Counted from the first letter of the stretch, positions 1 through 9,096 are shown. The stretch is DNA of 64,000 nucleotides from a virus (IMGVR_UViG_3300030104_002421:1-64000); one strand, 5' to 3'. The notes: generated from the sequence alone by a model not told the origin. Numbers and translations: made by a program.

Positions 1-2
1 TA

Positions 3-203
3 TATGACGAATGGGAACAAGTATATATAGATGATAGAGATTTAAAAAAACTAGGCAAATTAATCGCCTATAATTCTCTTATAAATAAAAACACATATGA
101 AGGGTATATGATAAGACTTCGAGCAGTTTATAATAATGTTTATGAACAGTTTAAACCTGAATTAAAGGAAGAAGAATACAATCATATAGCATTTTGCAAA
201 TGA
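3..203 (+). CDS. 3' end of hypothetical protein (truncated by window)
   Basis: Open frame YDEWEQVYID...HIAFCK ending TGA at 201-203, ATGA overlap with next gene. Confidence 0.6.
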   Translation, partial: YDEWEQVYIDDRDLKKLGKLIAYNSLINKNTYEGYMIRLRAVYNNVYEQFKPELKEEEYNHIAFCK

Positions 204-547
204 AAGAATTAAGAGCGAAGACAATAACACACCCAGATAAACACCAAATGTTACCACTTGAAGATGTAACTTTTAAATGGGACAAAGTAACAGGCAAATG
301 GACAAACTTTGCAGATAGTCAAGGTATAAATTACAAAAAATTATTTGATAGTTTAGAAAAAGATGGCATGGAACATCCTGTTATGGTTCGTAAAATGAAC
401 GAAGGATACCGTAAGTGGCAAGCAGGTGGTCGTAGAATTATATGGGCAAAGATGAATGGTTATACACATATAAGTGCTTATGTATTATCAGAACAGCAAG
501 AGGTTGATGATATATATGAAGCGCAATATGATGAAAGTTATAAATAG
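200..547 (+). CDS. ParB/Srx-like N-terminal domain protein
   Basis: YKKLFDSLEKDGMEHPVMV...GGRRIIWAKMNG matches the ParB-N pattern; ATG at 200 coupled to upstream stop. Confidence 0.55.
   Translation: MKELRAKTITHPDKHQMLPLEDVTFKWDKVTGKWTNFADSQGINYKKLFDSLEKDGMEHPVMVRKMNEGYRKWQAGGRRIIWAKMNGYTHISAYVLSEQQEVDDIYEAQYDESYK
539..546 (+). promoter_or_regulatory. T4-type late promoter (TATAAATA) upstream of porin
   Basis: Exact TATAAATA. Confidence 0.6.
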
Positions 548-623
548 TATATGAGAGCTCTACATAAATCCTCAAACGAAATTCTTATTGAGGTTGATTA
601 ATCATATTAAAAAGGAAAAAAAT

Positions 624-1493
624 ATGTTATTAAGAACAATAGCATTTGCGGTGGCATTCTTATGTATTTTTACATATGCTAATGCAGTAGAAATAACACC
701 GTACGGTGCATTTAATTACAAATGGTCACATGATGAAAATTCTAGTGGCGTTGCATACGACAAATTAGAGAACAACGGTTCAAACATTGGTATTGATATT
801 TCAGAACCAAGTATTGAAGGTTCAACAATTGGCGCAGTTGCAAAGCTACAGGTTGGAATTGATGTTGACGATAGTGGTTCAGATACTTTTGATTCACAGC
901 TTGCTTATGTAGGCATAGTGAACAATGGTGTTACTTTATCCGTTGGTCGTCAATCACACCCATTCACAGACAACATTGGTGGTAAATCATCTTCGTTTAA
1001 TGTGTATGGTGGCAGTTCTGATTTTAATTATGCTTCAAGGTCATCAAACTCAATTGCTTTATCTAGTGATATGCTAGATGTTATGGCAGTTGTTGATGGT
1101 TCTTCTGGACAAGAAGGCATTGATGAGTACGAAGTAACTTTATCACACTCACTAATGGGTGCTGATGTATCTATTGGTTACGCTGATGATGTTGTAAATG
1201 ATATCTCTTATTGGGGTGCAGGTGCAAGTACAAGTGTAGGCGATATTACAATTGGTTCTTCATATACCGTATATGACGCTGCTACTGACAAAGTTGGTAT
1301 GGAAGCGACTATAGGTTGGAAGGCAATTACAGTTGGATACGGAGATAAAGAAGGAACTGGAACTTATATGACATACGGTTTAAGTCATAATATGACAGAA
1401 AGTCTAAGCGTCTATGCAGAAATGCAACAAGAAGATTTAGATACTGGTACTGACTTACAACACTATTCAGTAGGAACAAAGTTTAGTTTCTAA
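624..1493 (+). CDS. Gram-negative outer-membrane porin
   Basis: Signal peptide ending ANA, amphipathic beta-strands, porin-like LAYVGI/LSVGRQ/SRSSNSI motifs, C-terminal YSVGTKFSF; AAGGA SD favours ATG 624. Confidence 0.8.
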   Translation: MLLRTIAFAVAFLCIFTYANAVEITPYGAFNYKWSHDENSSGVAYDKLENNGSNIGIDISEPSIEGSTIGAVAKLQVGIDVDDSGSDTFDSQLAYVGIVNNGVTLSVGRQSHPFTDNIGGKSSSFNVYGGSSDFNYASRSSNSIALSSDMLDVMAVVDGSSGQEGIDEYEVTLSHSLMGADVSIGYADDVVNDISYWGAGASTSVGDITIGSSYTVYDAATDKVGMEATIGWKAITVGYGDKEGTGTYMTYGLSHNMTESLSVYAEMQQEDLDTGTDLQHYSVGTKFSF

Positions 1494-1526
1494 CATAAAT
1501 AATAACACAAACAAGGAGAAATTCAT

Positions 1527-1685
1527 ATGGATAAATGGATTAAAGACCATAGTGCATGGAAAGATTACGGACTAATTATATTAGCGATTGCTCTTTTCAC
1601 AGGCTTTGTGGCACCTATGTTAATCGTTAAGTGGGGTTTAATTGCTTGGATTGCAAGCAACCTATGGAAACGATATAACGGATAA
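1527..1685 (+). CDS. 52-aa two-TM membrane peptide (not in ORF track)
   Basis: AAGGAG SD; MDKWIKDHSAWKDYGLIILAIALFTGFVAPMLIVKWGLIAWIASNLWKRYNG. Confidence 0.7.
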   Translation: MDKWIKDHSAWKDYGLIILAIALFTGFVAPMLIVKWGLIAWIASNLWKRYNG

Positions 1686-1700
1686 CATAAAGGAAATTTT

Positions 1701-1880
1701 ATGATTAAGAAAATAATCTATGTACTAATAGTTATAGGTGCATTTTATCTTGGTCATCATTTTGGCGAAGACGCCGCTAAGGCAATTGATTCAGTACCTT
1801 TACCAAAAGTTACTATTGAAATGCCTGGTGACGAATTAGACAAACTTGAAGAAGCTCTTCAAGCGGAAGAAAGTGAATAA
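1701..1880 (+). CDS. 59-aa membrane-anchored peptide with acidic tail (not in ORF track)
   Basis: AAGGA SD; MIKKIIYVLIVIGAFYLGHHFGED...LEEALQAEESE. Confidence 0.7.
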   Translation: MIKKIIYVLIVIGAFYLGHHFGEDAAKAIDSVPLPKVTIEMPGDELDKLEEALQAEESE

Positions 1881-1889
1881 CTTAAAAAT

Positions 1890-1918
1890 AAAAACCCGGC
1901 TTAATGCCGGGTTTTTTT
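1890..1918. terminator. Bidirectional intrinsic terminator
   Basis: AAAAACCCGGC-TTAAT-GCCGGGTTTTTTT between convergent units. Confidence 0.85.
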
Positions 1919-2099
1919 ATGACATATAATCATAGCGTCTTATCAGGATACTTCGTAACCTTTCCCAAATCATTCTATCTAAAACTTGTTGACCTGTTCT
2001 AGGTTCTCTTAACGCTAAATCATCATACTTAAATTTTAATTTTACTAACTTGCTAAAGCAGTTGTTTCTTTTATTTGTATTTGATTGAAGTACGCCCAA
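1917..2099 (-). CDS. Hypothetical small protein, start uncertain
   Basis: ORF fills gap before terminator; no convincing start/SD. Confidence 0.3.
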   Translation of the reverse strand: MGVLQSNTNKRNNCFSKLVKLKFKYDDLALREPRTGQQVLDRMIWERLRSILIRRYDYMS

Positions 2100-2299
2100 T
2101 GCATGTTTCCTTCCGTGTTATCAAAGGTAACATCCACATATGTAATTGTACCTTCATTTATTTTTGATATATCAACCTGCATAACAGAAGCGTCATAATC
2201 ATCTGTGCATTTGATTTGTATATTCTCAATCTTAGCGTCTCTAAAAATTCCAGACATACCTCGTTTAACTTCTACAGTATCGCCTACTTTAATTATCAT
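2045..2299 (-). CDS. Small hypothetical protein, SH3/KOW-like start
   Basis: AGGAGG SD; IKVGDTVEVK. Confidence 0.7.
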   Translation of the reverse strand: MIIKVGDTVEVKRGMSGIFRDAKIENIQIKCTDDYDASVMQVDISKINEGTITYVDVTFDNTEGNMHWAYFNQIQIKETTALAS

Positions 2300-2308
2300 T
2301 ACGCCTCC

Positions 2309-2611
2309 TTAAACTGTATTGTGGGTTTCAATTAATGACATAGGCACGGCATAAGTCATACCATTGTTATGCTGTTTAACAGCACATCTAGTTTTCATAA
2401 CTTTCGTTACAGTACCTAACCAGTATTCAGTTCTGGCATTAACACCAACAGTAGAACCTACTGAAATGGAAGATTTAGCTTCTTTCGCAAGAGCAGTTCT
2501 TCTATCTTTAATGGCATACATCACCATATTCATGGTATCAGTTGTACCATGATTTTTAACCCAATCTAAAACAATAGATAGGTCGTTAAAGTTAGTTTTT
2601 GATTTATTCAT
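2309..2611 (-). CDS. Small hypothetical protein, C-terminal SH3-like barrel
   Basis: AAAGGA SD; ISVGSTVGV...GTVTKVMKTRCAV...YAVPMSLI. Confidence 0.7.
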   Translation of the reverse strand: MNKSKTNFNDLSIVLDWVKNHGTTDTMNMVMYAIKDRRTALAKEAKSSISVGSTVGVNARTEYWLGTVTKVMKTRCAVKQHNNGMTYAVPMSLIETHNTV

Positions 2612-2632
2612 AATATAGTCCTTTCGTTTAAA

Positions 2633-2809
2633 TTACGCTTCGTTCATTACAGTTTCTTCGACACTAGTCCAGTTAATGTCAAAGATATTAGGATAAAAGT
2701 TTTTCATAATGTCAATAAACTCTAATTTTTCATTAGTAGTTTCAAGTTTAGCAAATGTGCTAAATAGGTTTTGTTTAGTCATATTGTTTTCTAATTCAGT
2801 AATATTCAT
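2633..2809 (-). CDS. 58-aa hypothetical protein (not in ORF track)
   Basis: AAAGGA SD; MNITELENNMTKQNLFSTF...VMNEA; first gene after early promoter. Confidence 0.65.
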   Translation of the reverse strand: MNITELENNMTKQNLFSTFAKLETTNEKLEFIDIMKNFYPNIFDINWTSVEETVMNEA

Positions 2810-2842
2810 AATGTATCCTTTGTTTTTTTTATTATATCTATA

Positions 2843-2985
2843 TTCCTATCATAGTTTTAACCATTTGTAAAGAAAAAAGACCAATATAGTGCAAATTAAA
2901 AGTGTTGTTTTTCAATGGTTTAGCAGATATATGCAAAATAAATGTGTTGTATTTTTGCAACAACAGCAATGTTCGCTGGATGTTC
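2843..2985 (-). promoter_or_regulatory. Composite early promoter: GAAC-N7-GAAC, 18-bp inverted repeat, IHF-like box, sigma70 promoter
   Basis: GTTC-N7-GTTC 2971-2985; TGTTGCAAAAATACAACA 2945-2962; TGCTAAACCATTGAAA 2910-2925; TTTACA-17-TAGGAA; same blocks recur at 60060-60182. Confidence 0.7.
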
Positions 2986-3011
2986 GCTGGTTTTTATGTG
3001 TAAAATAGTCT

Positions 3012-3019
3012 TATAAATA
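3012..3019 (+). promoter_or_regulatory. Late promoter TATAAATA
   Basis: Exact match upstream of peptide/PAAR operon. Confidence 0.7.
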
Positions 3020-3047
3020 TAGCATAATATAATGATAGGAGAATATT

Positions 3048-3179
3048 ATGGGATTTTTAACAAGTTTATGGTCAGGTTGGGGCAAATCTGAAAGCGTATT
3101 ACCGCCAAAGAAGAAAGCAACAACTAAAAAAACTAAAAAGAAGACTACAAAGAAAAAGAAAACAAAAAAGGTAAAGTAA
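3048..3179 (+). CDS. 43-aa lysine-rich basic peptide (not in ORF track)
   Basis: AGGAG SD; MGFLTSLWSGWGKSESVLPPKKKATTKKTKKKTTKKKKTKKVK; TAATG coupling. Confidence 0.7.
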   Translation: MGFLTSLWSGWGKSESVLPPKKKATTKKTKKKTTKKKKTKKVK

Positions 3180-3280
3180 TGGGAACAGGAACATGTAAAA
3201 ATTGTGGTCACGGATGCCATTGTTCTAATGGGTCATCTTGTGGTTCATGCGGTTGTGCAAACTGTGAGCACGCTGAGTAA
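3179..3280 (+). CDS. 33-aa metallothionein-like Cys/His peptide (not in ORF track)
   Basis: MGTGTCKNCGHGCHCSNGSSCGSCGCANCEHAE, 8 Cys and 3 His; TAATG overlap at both ends. Confidence 0.7.
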   Translation: MGTGTCKNCGHGCHCSNGSSCGSCGCANCEHAE

Positions 3281-3417
3281 TGGCACAGCGAGGAATGAAT
3301 GTTGTTGCTTACAGCAGAGGACCTAAAAAGAGAACATCTATTGGCAATAGTCCTAGGTCCAGACCTAAAAACAAACATAAGAGAAGACAACATACAAGAA
3401 GTCGTGGACAAGGATAA
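3280..3417 (+). CDS. 45-aa basic peptide ending RGQG (not in ORF track)
   Basis: MAQRGMNVVAYSRGPKKRTSIG...RSRGQG; TAATG overlaps; resembles small basic genes beside PAAR/gp25 in marine T4-like phages. Confidence 0.7.
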   Translation: MAQRGMNVVAYSRGPKKRTSIGNSPRSRPKNKHKRRQHTRSRGQG

Positions 3418-3692
3418 TGCCTGCCATACAAAGAATGGGAGACGCTAATTCTGCCGGTGGTGTAATTAATTCTATACCACAAAGTACAGTAAAAGCAAAT
3501 GGGTCTCTCGTATCTGTTAATGGATCTAAAGGAACAGGTCATGGCATAGGTATTCACGCTGCTAATGCTTGGGATACTGCTAATGGTAGTTCTACTGTAA
3601 AAATAGGTGGTACGCCAATCAATCGCACAGGCGACGCTGACACTTGCGCTCATGCAAGAGTAGGCGGATCTTCTAATGTAAATGTAGGTTAA
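3417..3692 (+). CDS. PAAR spike-tip protein (gp5.4-like)
   Basis: PAIQRMGD, TVKANG, GSSTVKIGGTPINRTGD, CAH, GSSNV repeats. Confidence 0.9.
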   Translation: MPAIQRMGDANSAGGVINSIPQSTVKANGSLVSVNGSKGTGHGIGIHAANAWDTANGSSTVKIGGTPINRTGDADTCAHARVGGSSNVNVG

Positions 3693-3696
3693 CTGT

Positions 3697-3704
3697 TATA
3701 AATA
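3697..3704 (+). promoter_or_regulatory. Late promoter, ATG at predicted +1 (leaderless gp25)
   Basis: TATAAATA-gtcgt-ATG. Confidence 0.7.
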
Positions 3705-3709
3705 GTCGT

Positions 3710-4153
3710 ATGGCTATCTATCAACAAGGTTATACTGACGCTCAACGCACCAATGCTTCATCAAAGTCTGTAAGACTTTATAAAGATATTGCATTGTCTT
3801 TTGAGCGTAATAGTAATACCAAAGATGTTATTATTAAAAAAGATATAGCAGCAGTCAAACAATCAGTAAAAAATCTGATACTCACAAATCACTTTGAGAG
3901 ACCCTTTCATCCTGAAATAGGTTCAAATGTTACAGCCATCTTGTTTGAGCCAATGAGTCCAATAACTGCTAATGTATTAACAAGAACAATATCAGAATGT
4001 ATTAATAACTTTGAACCAAGAGCAAGACTAGTATCAGTAATTGCTAATCCTAATTTAGATAGAAATGCCTACGAAGTTACAATTAGTTTTTATGTGGTAA
4101 ATATACCTGGTGAATTGGTACAATTAACAACACTATTGGAGCGTAGCAGATAA
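3710..4153 (+). CDS. gp25: Baseplate wedge subunit gp25
   Basis: AVKQSVKNLILTNHFERPFHPEIGS...FEPRA. Confidence 0.93.
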   Translation: MAIYQQGYTDAQRTNASSKSVRLYKDIALSFERNSNTKDVIIKKDIAAVKQSVKNLILTNHFERPFHPEIGSNVTAILFEPMSPITANVLTRTISECINNFEPRARLVSVIANPNLDRNAYEVTISFYVVNIPGELVQLTTLLERSR

Positions 4154-6003
4154 TGGCAAAGAGACTATCAGTTAGTGAGTTAGACTTTGATGGTATCAAA
4201 GATAACTTGAAGACATTTTTAAAACAACAAGACCAATTCACAGATTACGATTTTGAAGGTTCAACTATGGCAACCTTATTAGATGTGTTAGCATATAATA
4301 CACATTACAATGCTGTATATGCAAATGTACTAGCAAATGAAATGTTTATAGATAGTGCTGACTTACGAAATAGTGTAGTCTCTCATGCCAAACATTTAGG
4401 TTACACGGCAAGAAGTGCAACAGCACCTTATGCTGACTTAACAGTAGTCGTTAATGACGCTACTGGTGCAACTTTGACTGCCGCTCAAGGTACAATTTTT
4501 CAAACAACTGTAGATGGTACAACTTATAACTATCTTGTAAAAGAAGATACAACAATTACACCTGTTTCTGGTGTTTATACTTTTTCAAATCTAAATGTTT
4601 ATGAGGGTACTTTAGTTAATAACAAATATACTGTTGATACTACAAATGCTGACCAAAGATTTTTAATTAAGAATGCTTTAGCAGATACAACAACTTTACA
4701 AGTTAAAGTTCAAAACAGTTCTACAGATTCCACAACAACAACTTATACACTTGCCTCAGATTTGGCAGATGTAACAAGTACCTCTACAGTTTATTATTTA
4801 GAGGCAACGGAAGATAGTCAATACGAAGTTATATTTGGTGATGGTGTTTTAGGTAAAGCATTATCAACTGGTAATATCGTAACATTAACATACATAGTTA
4901 CAAACGGTAACGAAAGTAATGGTGCTAGTTCGTTTAGTTTATCTGGTACACTAGGTGGGTTTAGTGATGTTTCAATCACAGTAAATTCTGCTAGTGCTAA
5001 TGGTTCAGCAGCTGAAACGGCAGATAGTATTCGTTTCAATGCACCAAAAACTTATACAACACAGAATAGGGCGGTAACGGCGAAAGATTATGAAAGCAAA
5101 GTTAAAAGTTTATATTCAAATGCTAAATCAGTTCAAGTATGGGGTGGTGAAGATAACTCAACACCAGTATATGGTCGAGTGTATATCTCTATTAATCCTG
5201 TTGCTGGTGCTACATTAACAAGTGCAAACAAAACAAACATAATAACACAATTAAAAGATTTTAATGTTGCAAGTATAACACCAATTATTGAAGACCCAGA
5301 AACTACTAGTTTACAACTTACAACAACGGTTAGATATGACGCTAAACAAACAACTAAAAATGCAGATAGTATTAAGTCTTTAGTAACAGCAGCGATTACA
5401 ACTTACAATGATACTAACTTAACAGAATTTGACCAAGTGTTTAGACACAGTAAATTTATTGAAACAATCAACAAGGTAGACCCTAGTATTCTTTCTAACA
5501 TAACAACTGTAAAAATGCATAAATCATTTACAGCAACAACAACTGCTTCAACAACATATACTTTAAATTATAACAATGCATTTTATAATCCACATAGTGG
5601 ACACAATTCAACAGCAGGTGGTGTATTAGAGACCACTTCATTTAAAGTAAATGGTGATACAACTAATGATTATTACCTAGATGATGATGGTGAAGGTAAT
5701 GTAAGATTATATTACATAGCTGCAGGTGTCCGTACATATGCAAATGAAACTCAAGGTACAATTGACTACACGGCTGGCACAATCACTATCAACAGTTTAT
5801 TTGTTACAAGTGTAGGTAATGTAGATGGTGCTACAAGCACGGCAATTAGATGTACTGTAATACCAAATTCAGTAGATGTAGTTCCTGTTCGTAACCAACT
5901 TATCTCAATAGACGAAGTAAATACAAATGTTACTGTTACTGCTGATGATTATGATACAACAACAGGTATAGGTTATACAACAGCGACAAGTTATGCGAGT
6001 TAG
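4153..6003 (+). CDS. gp6: Baseplate wedge subunit gp6
   Basis: ELDFDGIK...FTDYDFEGS...LLDVLAYNTHY; QNRAVTAKDY; VWGGED. Confidence 0.93.
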   Translation: MAKRLSVSELDFDGIKDNLKTFLKQQDQFTDYDFEGSTMATLLDVLAYNTHYNAVYANVLANEMFIDSADLRNSVVSHAKHLGYTARSATAPYADLTVVVNDATGATLTAAQGTIFQTTVDGTTYNYLVKEDTTITPVSGVYTFSNLNVYEGTLVNNKYTVDTTNADQRFLIKNALADTTTLQVKVQNSSTDSTTTTYTLASDLADVTSTSTVYYLEATEDSQYEVIFGDGVLGKALSTGNIVTLTYIVTNGNESNGASSFSLSGTLGGFSDVSITVNSASANGSAAETADSIRFNAPKTYTTQNRAVTAKDYESKVKSLYSNAKSVQVWGGEDNSTPVYGRVYISINPVAGATLTSANKTNIITQLKDFNVASITPIIEDPETTSLQLTTTVRYDAKQTTKNADSIKSLVTAAITTYNDTNLTEFDQVFRHSKFIETINKVDPSILSNITTVKMHKSFTATTTASTTYTLNYNNAFYNPHSGHNSTAGGVLETTSFKVNGDTTNDYYLDDDGEGNVRLYYIAAGVRTYANETQGTIDYTAGTITINSLFVTSVGNVDGATSTAIRCTVIPNSVDVVPVRNQLISIDEVNTNVTVTADDYDTTTGIGYTTATSYAS

Positions 6004-6006
6004 TAA

Positions 6007-9000
6007 ATGGCAAAATTTACTAAAAAAATAAATCCACTAATAAGTAGGCAATTTCCAGCACACATACAGGCTAATAATCCTTTATTGGTTGAGTTCGTAA
6101 AACAATATTATGTGTTTATGGATTCTGCTCAGATTACAATATCAAGTGTAACTGCTTCAGACCAAATCTTATTAGAAACAACTACAGAAGGATTTATTTC
6201 TTTAAACGCCACAGACGAACATGGTAATAATGAAAACGATTATATACTTAATGAACAAACAAGTGTAGGTGAGTTTAGTAAAGGTGAAACTATTACTGGT
6301 GCCACTTCAGGTCAAACGGCAACTATACTTGCTGAAGATACAGACAACTTAAAAATATGGGTTACTGCTAATTCGTTATTTGTAACAGGTGAAACTATTA
6401 CTGGTGGTACTTCTGGTGCAACTGGTGTAATAGGAAAATATCGTGCAAACCCAAATGAAACAATCAATCAACTATTAGAATATGCCAATGTCAATAATAC
6501 TATAGATGATTTTTTTACAGAATTTAGAAATACATTTTTACAAACTATACCTAACACACTTACAGATGGTTTAGATAAAAGACAACTTACAAAAAATATT
6601 ATAGACCTTTACAAAAGAAAAGGTACAAAAAAAGGACATGAGATTTTCTTCCGTGCCTTGTTTAATGAAACACCTGAAATTTATTACCCAACTGTTGATA
6701 TGCTTAGAATATCAGACGGTAATTTTAATAATCAACAAATAATAAAAGCAACATTAAACGGACCTTCTGATGGTAACATGAACAACTTGGTTGGTCAAAC
6801 AATTACACAAACAGATATTGTAGGTAATGATACAGTAGATACAGCAAGTTCAGTTATTGAAAGTGCAACTGTTTCAACTGTAAGTTTAAATGGCATAGCA
6901 CATGATGTGGCAACTTTTATTTTAAATGAAGCGTCAACTACAGGCACTTTTGCCAGTAATGCAGGCGACGCCATACTATTAGATGGTACAGATAGTTCTG
7001 AAACAGACGCTGGTGATGAAATACTACTAGATGGTACAGATACTTCATCTACAAATGCAGGTGATAGGGTAGTTCAAAATACAAAAGCAACTTTTGCAGG
7101 TGCAGATAATACAAATGCTGATGTAACTATAACATGTGATATTGAAAGTGTTGTTGATGATGTTAATGTTACAACTCCTGGTCAATATTATACTGTAGGT
7201 GAAACTTTTGCCTTTACAAAAGAAAAAGGTGGTACTGGTGCAATAGGACAAATAGAAAATGTATCATATGGTGTAATAGATAGTGTACAAGTAGAAAGTG
7301 GTGGGTCAGGTTATGCAGTAGGTGATGTCCTTTCAGTAACTAATCCTACAGACGGTACAGGTCTTGCAGGTACTGTTGCCGTAGTCAACGGTGGTTTTAC
7401 TTTAGAAGGTGATGTACATGATGATGGCGTAATTATTTTAGAAGACGGTACAGACTTTCAACTTGTTATGGAACCAGGCACAAATGGTGGTGGTAGTCCA
7501 ACAAATGATATTACAAAAATTAGATTAACAAATAAGGGTGGTGGGTATCTTTCACTACCAACTGTTAGTGTTACAAGTACAGGTGGTTCAAGTGCAACTT
7601 TATATGCTGTTTCATCAACTGTTGGTAATGCATTATCAGTTAAGATGGTTGACCATGGGTTTAGATATGAGACACCACCAGAAGTTAGTCCTAAATTACA
7701 TTTACAAATAGATACTGTTTCTGCTGGGTTTACAGATGGTGAAACTATTACTGCTTCTAGTGAGGACTTTATAGAATTAGAACCATATGAACAGGTAGAC
7801 TTTACAATTTTACTAGAAGACTTTAGACAAGCAAAAATAAGATTAGAAGATACTGAAAGAGGAGATTTAATTTTAGAAGATGAATTAGGTGGCGGACAAT
7901 TTGCATTAGAAGAATTTGTAACTGACGCTGTACCTGAAAGTCCTTTCCCTGATAGTTTATTATTAGATGGTACTGATGGTTCAAGTACAGACGCCGGCGA
8001 TAGAGTAAGATTTAACGAATATATTTTAAAAGATAATACAGATTATATTATATTAAATGGTACAGATGGTTCAAGTACAAATGCAGGTGGTAAAATACAA
8101 AGAGACGATACTGTTACTGCTTCTGCTGTATTTGAAGAATTTGATACAGATACAAATATAATAACATTAACATCACCAACTGCCTCTTATGATGACAAGG
8201 TTACTATTTTAGGAAATACCTCAGGTACAACTGCTAGAGTAAGAAACTTTAATACTGATACACCACAAGCAACTATGACTGCTACAGTAGGTACAGCAAT
8301 AGAAACAGATGGTGCATATTCTGGTGTTGATGGATTTATTTCAGAAAGTACAAAGAAGATACAAGATAGTTTATACTACCAAGATTACTCTTACATTATA
8401 AAAGTAGGTGAAAGTATTTCAGAATGGAGAGACTATCTAAAATCTGCCGTGCATCCTGCTGGGTTCTACTTTGCAGGTGAGGTGAGTATTAGAACAAGAG
8501 TAAATGCAAAAATGAAAACTGGATATACTAGACTTTCAGGTCTTACGGAATCTGATGAAGTGGTCGAAATACTATCTGTTATCTTTGCAGAAAAGATTGG
8601 AAGAAAACTTGGTACTGTGGATGATGGTTCAAGTGAAAGAACAAATCCACATCTTGGTATTGAAGCAAGTGCTTCATTTACTAGCAATAGTAGGGCAGTA
8701 ACATTAGAACATGAGACTACTCTTAAACTAAATCAACAAAGAGATAGTGGTCAACAAGTTCATTCAACTAGTGTAACAACAGGATTTGTTTATGCAGGTG
8801 CAAGACTAAATACAATTGGTGATATGCCATTTACAGCATTTGGTAATGCAGTAGAAGGTGGTGGAGGTATGAGTGGTATTACACTTGCAACTCTACACGC
8901 AATAAAACTTACTGGAACAGGTAATTCAACTATTGGTGCTGCCGCTATTCAAGTAGGTGATTTTGATTTACCACTAGGTACTAGATTTGCAATACCAACA

Positions 9001-9096
9001 GAAATTAGTTTTGAAGAAGATAGTTTTAGTTCAGCAGGTCCTGCCGCTTTAACTTTTGATGACAATAGTAAGAAATTTGATGATAATACTCGTTAG
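6007..9096 (+). CDS. gp7: Baseplate wedge initiator gp7-like protein
   Basis: FVKQYY, KNIIDLYKRKGT...FFRALF, IQDSLYYQDYSY...VHPAGF; follows gp6. Confidence 0.75.
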   Translation: MAKFTKKINPLISRQFPAHIQANNPLLVEFVKQYYVFMDSAQITISSVTASDQILLETTTEGFISLNATDEHGNNENDYILNEQTSVGEFSKGETITGATSGQTATILAEDTDNLKIWVTANSLFVTGETITGGTSGATGVIGKYRANPNETINQLLEYANVNNTIDDFFTEFRNTFLQTIPNTLTDGLDKRQLTKNIIDLYKRKGTKKGHEIFFRALFNETPEIYYPTVDMLRISDGNFNNQQIIKATLNGPSDGNMNNLVGQTITQTDIVGNDTVDTASSVIESATVSTVSLNGIAHDVATFILNEASTTGTFASNAGDAILLDGTDSSETDAGDEILLDGTDTSSTNAGDRVVQNTKATFAGADNTNADVTITCDIESVVDDVNVTTPGQYYTVGETFAFTKEKGGTGAIGQIENVSYGVIDSVQVESGGSGYAVGDVLSVTNPTDGTGLAGTVAVVNGGFTLEGDVHDDGVIILEDGTDFQLVMEPGTNGGGSPTNDITKIRLTNKGGGYLSLPTVSVTSTGGSSATLYAVSSTVGNALSVKMVDHGFRYETPPEVSPKLHLQIDTVSAGFTDGETITASSEDFIELEPYEQVDFTILLEDFRQAKIRLEDTERGDLILEDELGGGQFALEEFVTDAVPESPFPDSLLLDGTDGSSTDAGDRVRFNEYILKDNTDYIILNGTDGSSTNAGGKIQRDDTVTASAVFEEFDTDTNIITLTSPTASYDDKVTILGNTSGTTARVRNFNTDTPQATMTATVGTAIETDGAYSGVDGFISESTKKIQDSLYYQDYSYIIKVGESISEWRDYLKSAVHPAGFYFAGEVSIRTRVNAKMKTGYTRLSGLTESDEVVEILSVIFAEKIGRKLGTVDDGSSERTNPHLGIEASASFTSNSRAVTLEHETTLKLNQQRDSGQQVHSTSVTTGFVYAGARLNTIGDMPFTAFGNAVEGGGGMSGITLATLHAIKLTGTGNSTIGAAAIQVGDFDLPLGTRFAIPTEISFEEDSFSSAGPAALTFDDNSKKFDDNTR
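6973..7068 (+). repeat. Imperfect 48-bp tandem repeat encoding ILLDGTDxSxTxAGD
   Basis: Units at 6973 and 7021; more copies near 7958, 8047 and in the VrlC-like gene near 12790. Confidence 0.75.

Noticed and set aside
551-601. 16-codon uORF (MRALHKSSNEILIEVD) and CCTCAA/TTGAGG hairpin in the porin leader
   Set aside because: Could be regulatory, but too short and weak to distinguish from chance without conservation data
3011-3653. Minus-strand ORFs in the track
   Set aside because: The plus strand is fully explained by four TAATG-coupled genes after a late promoter
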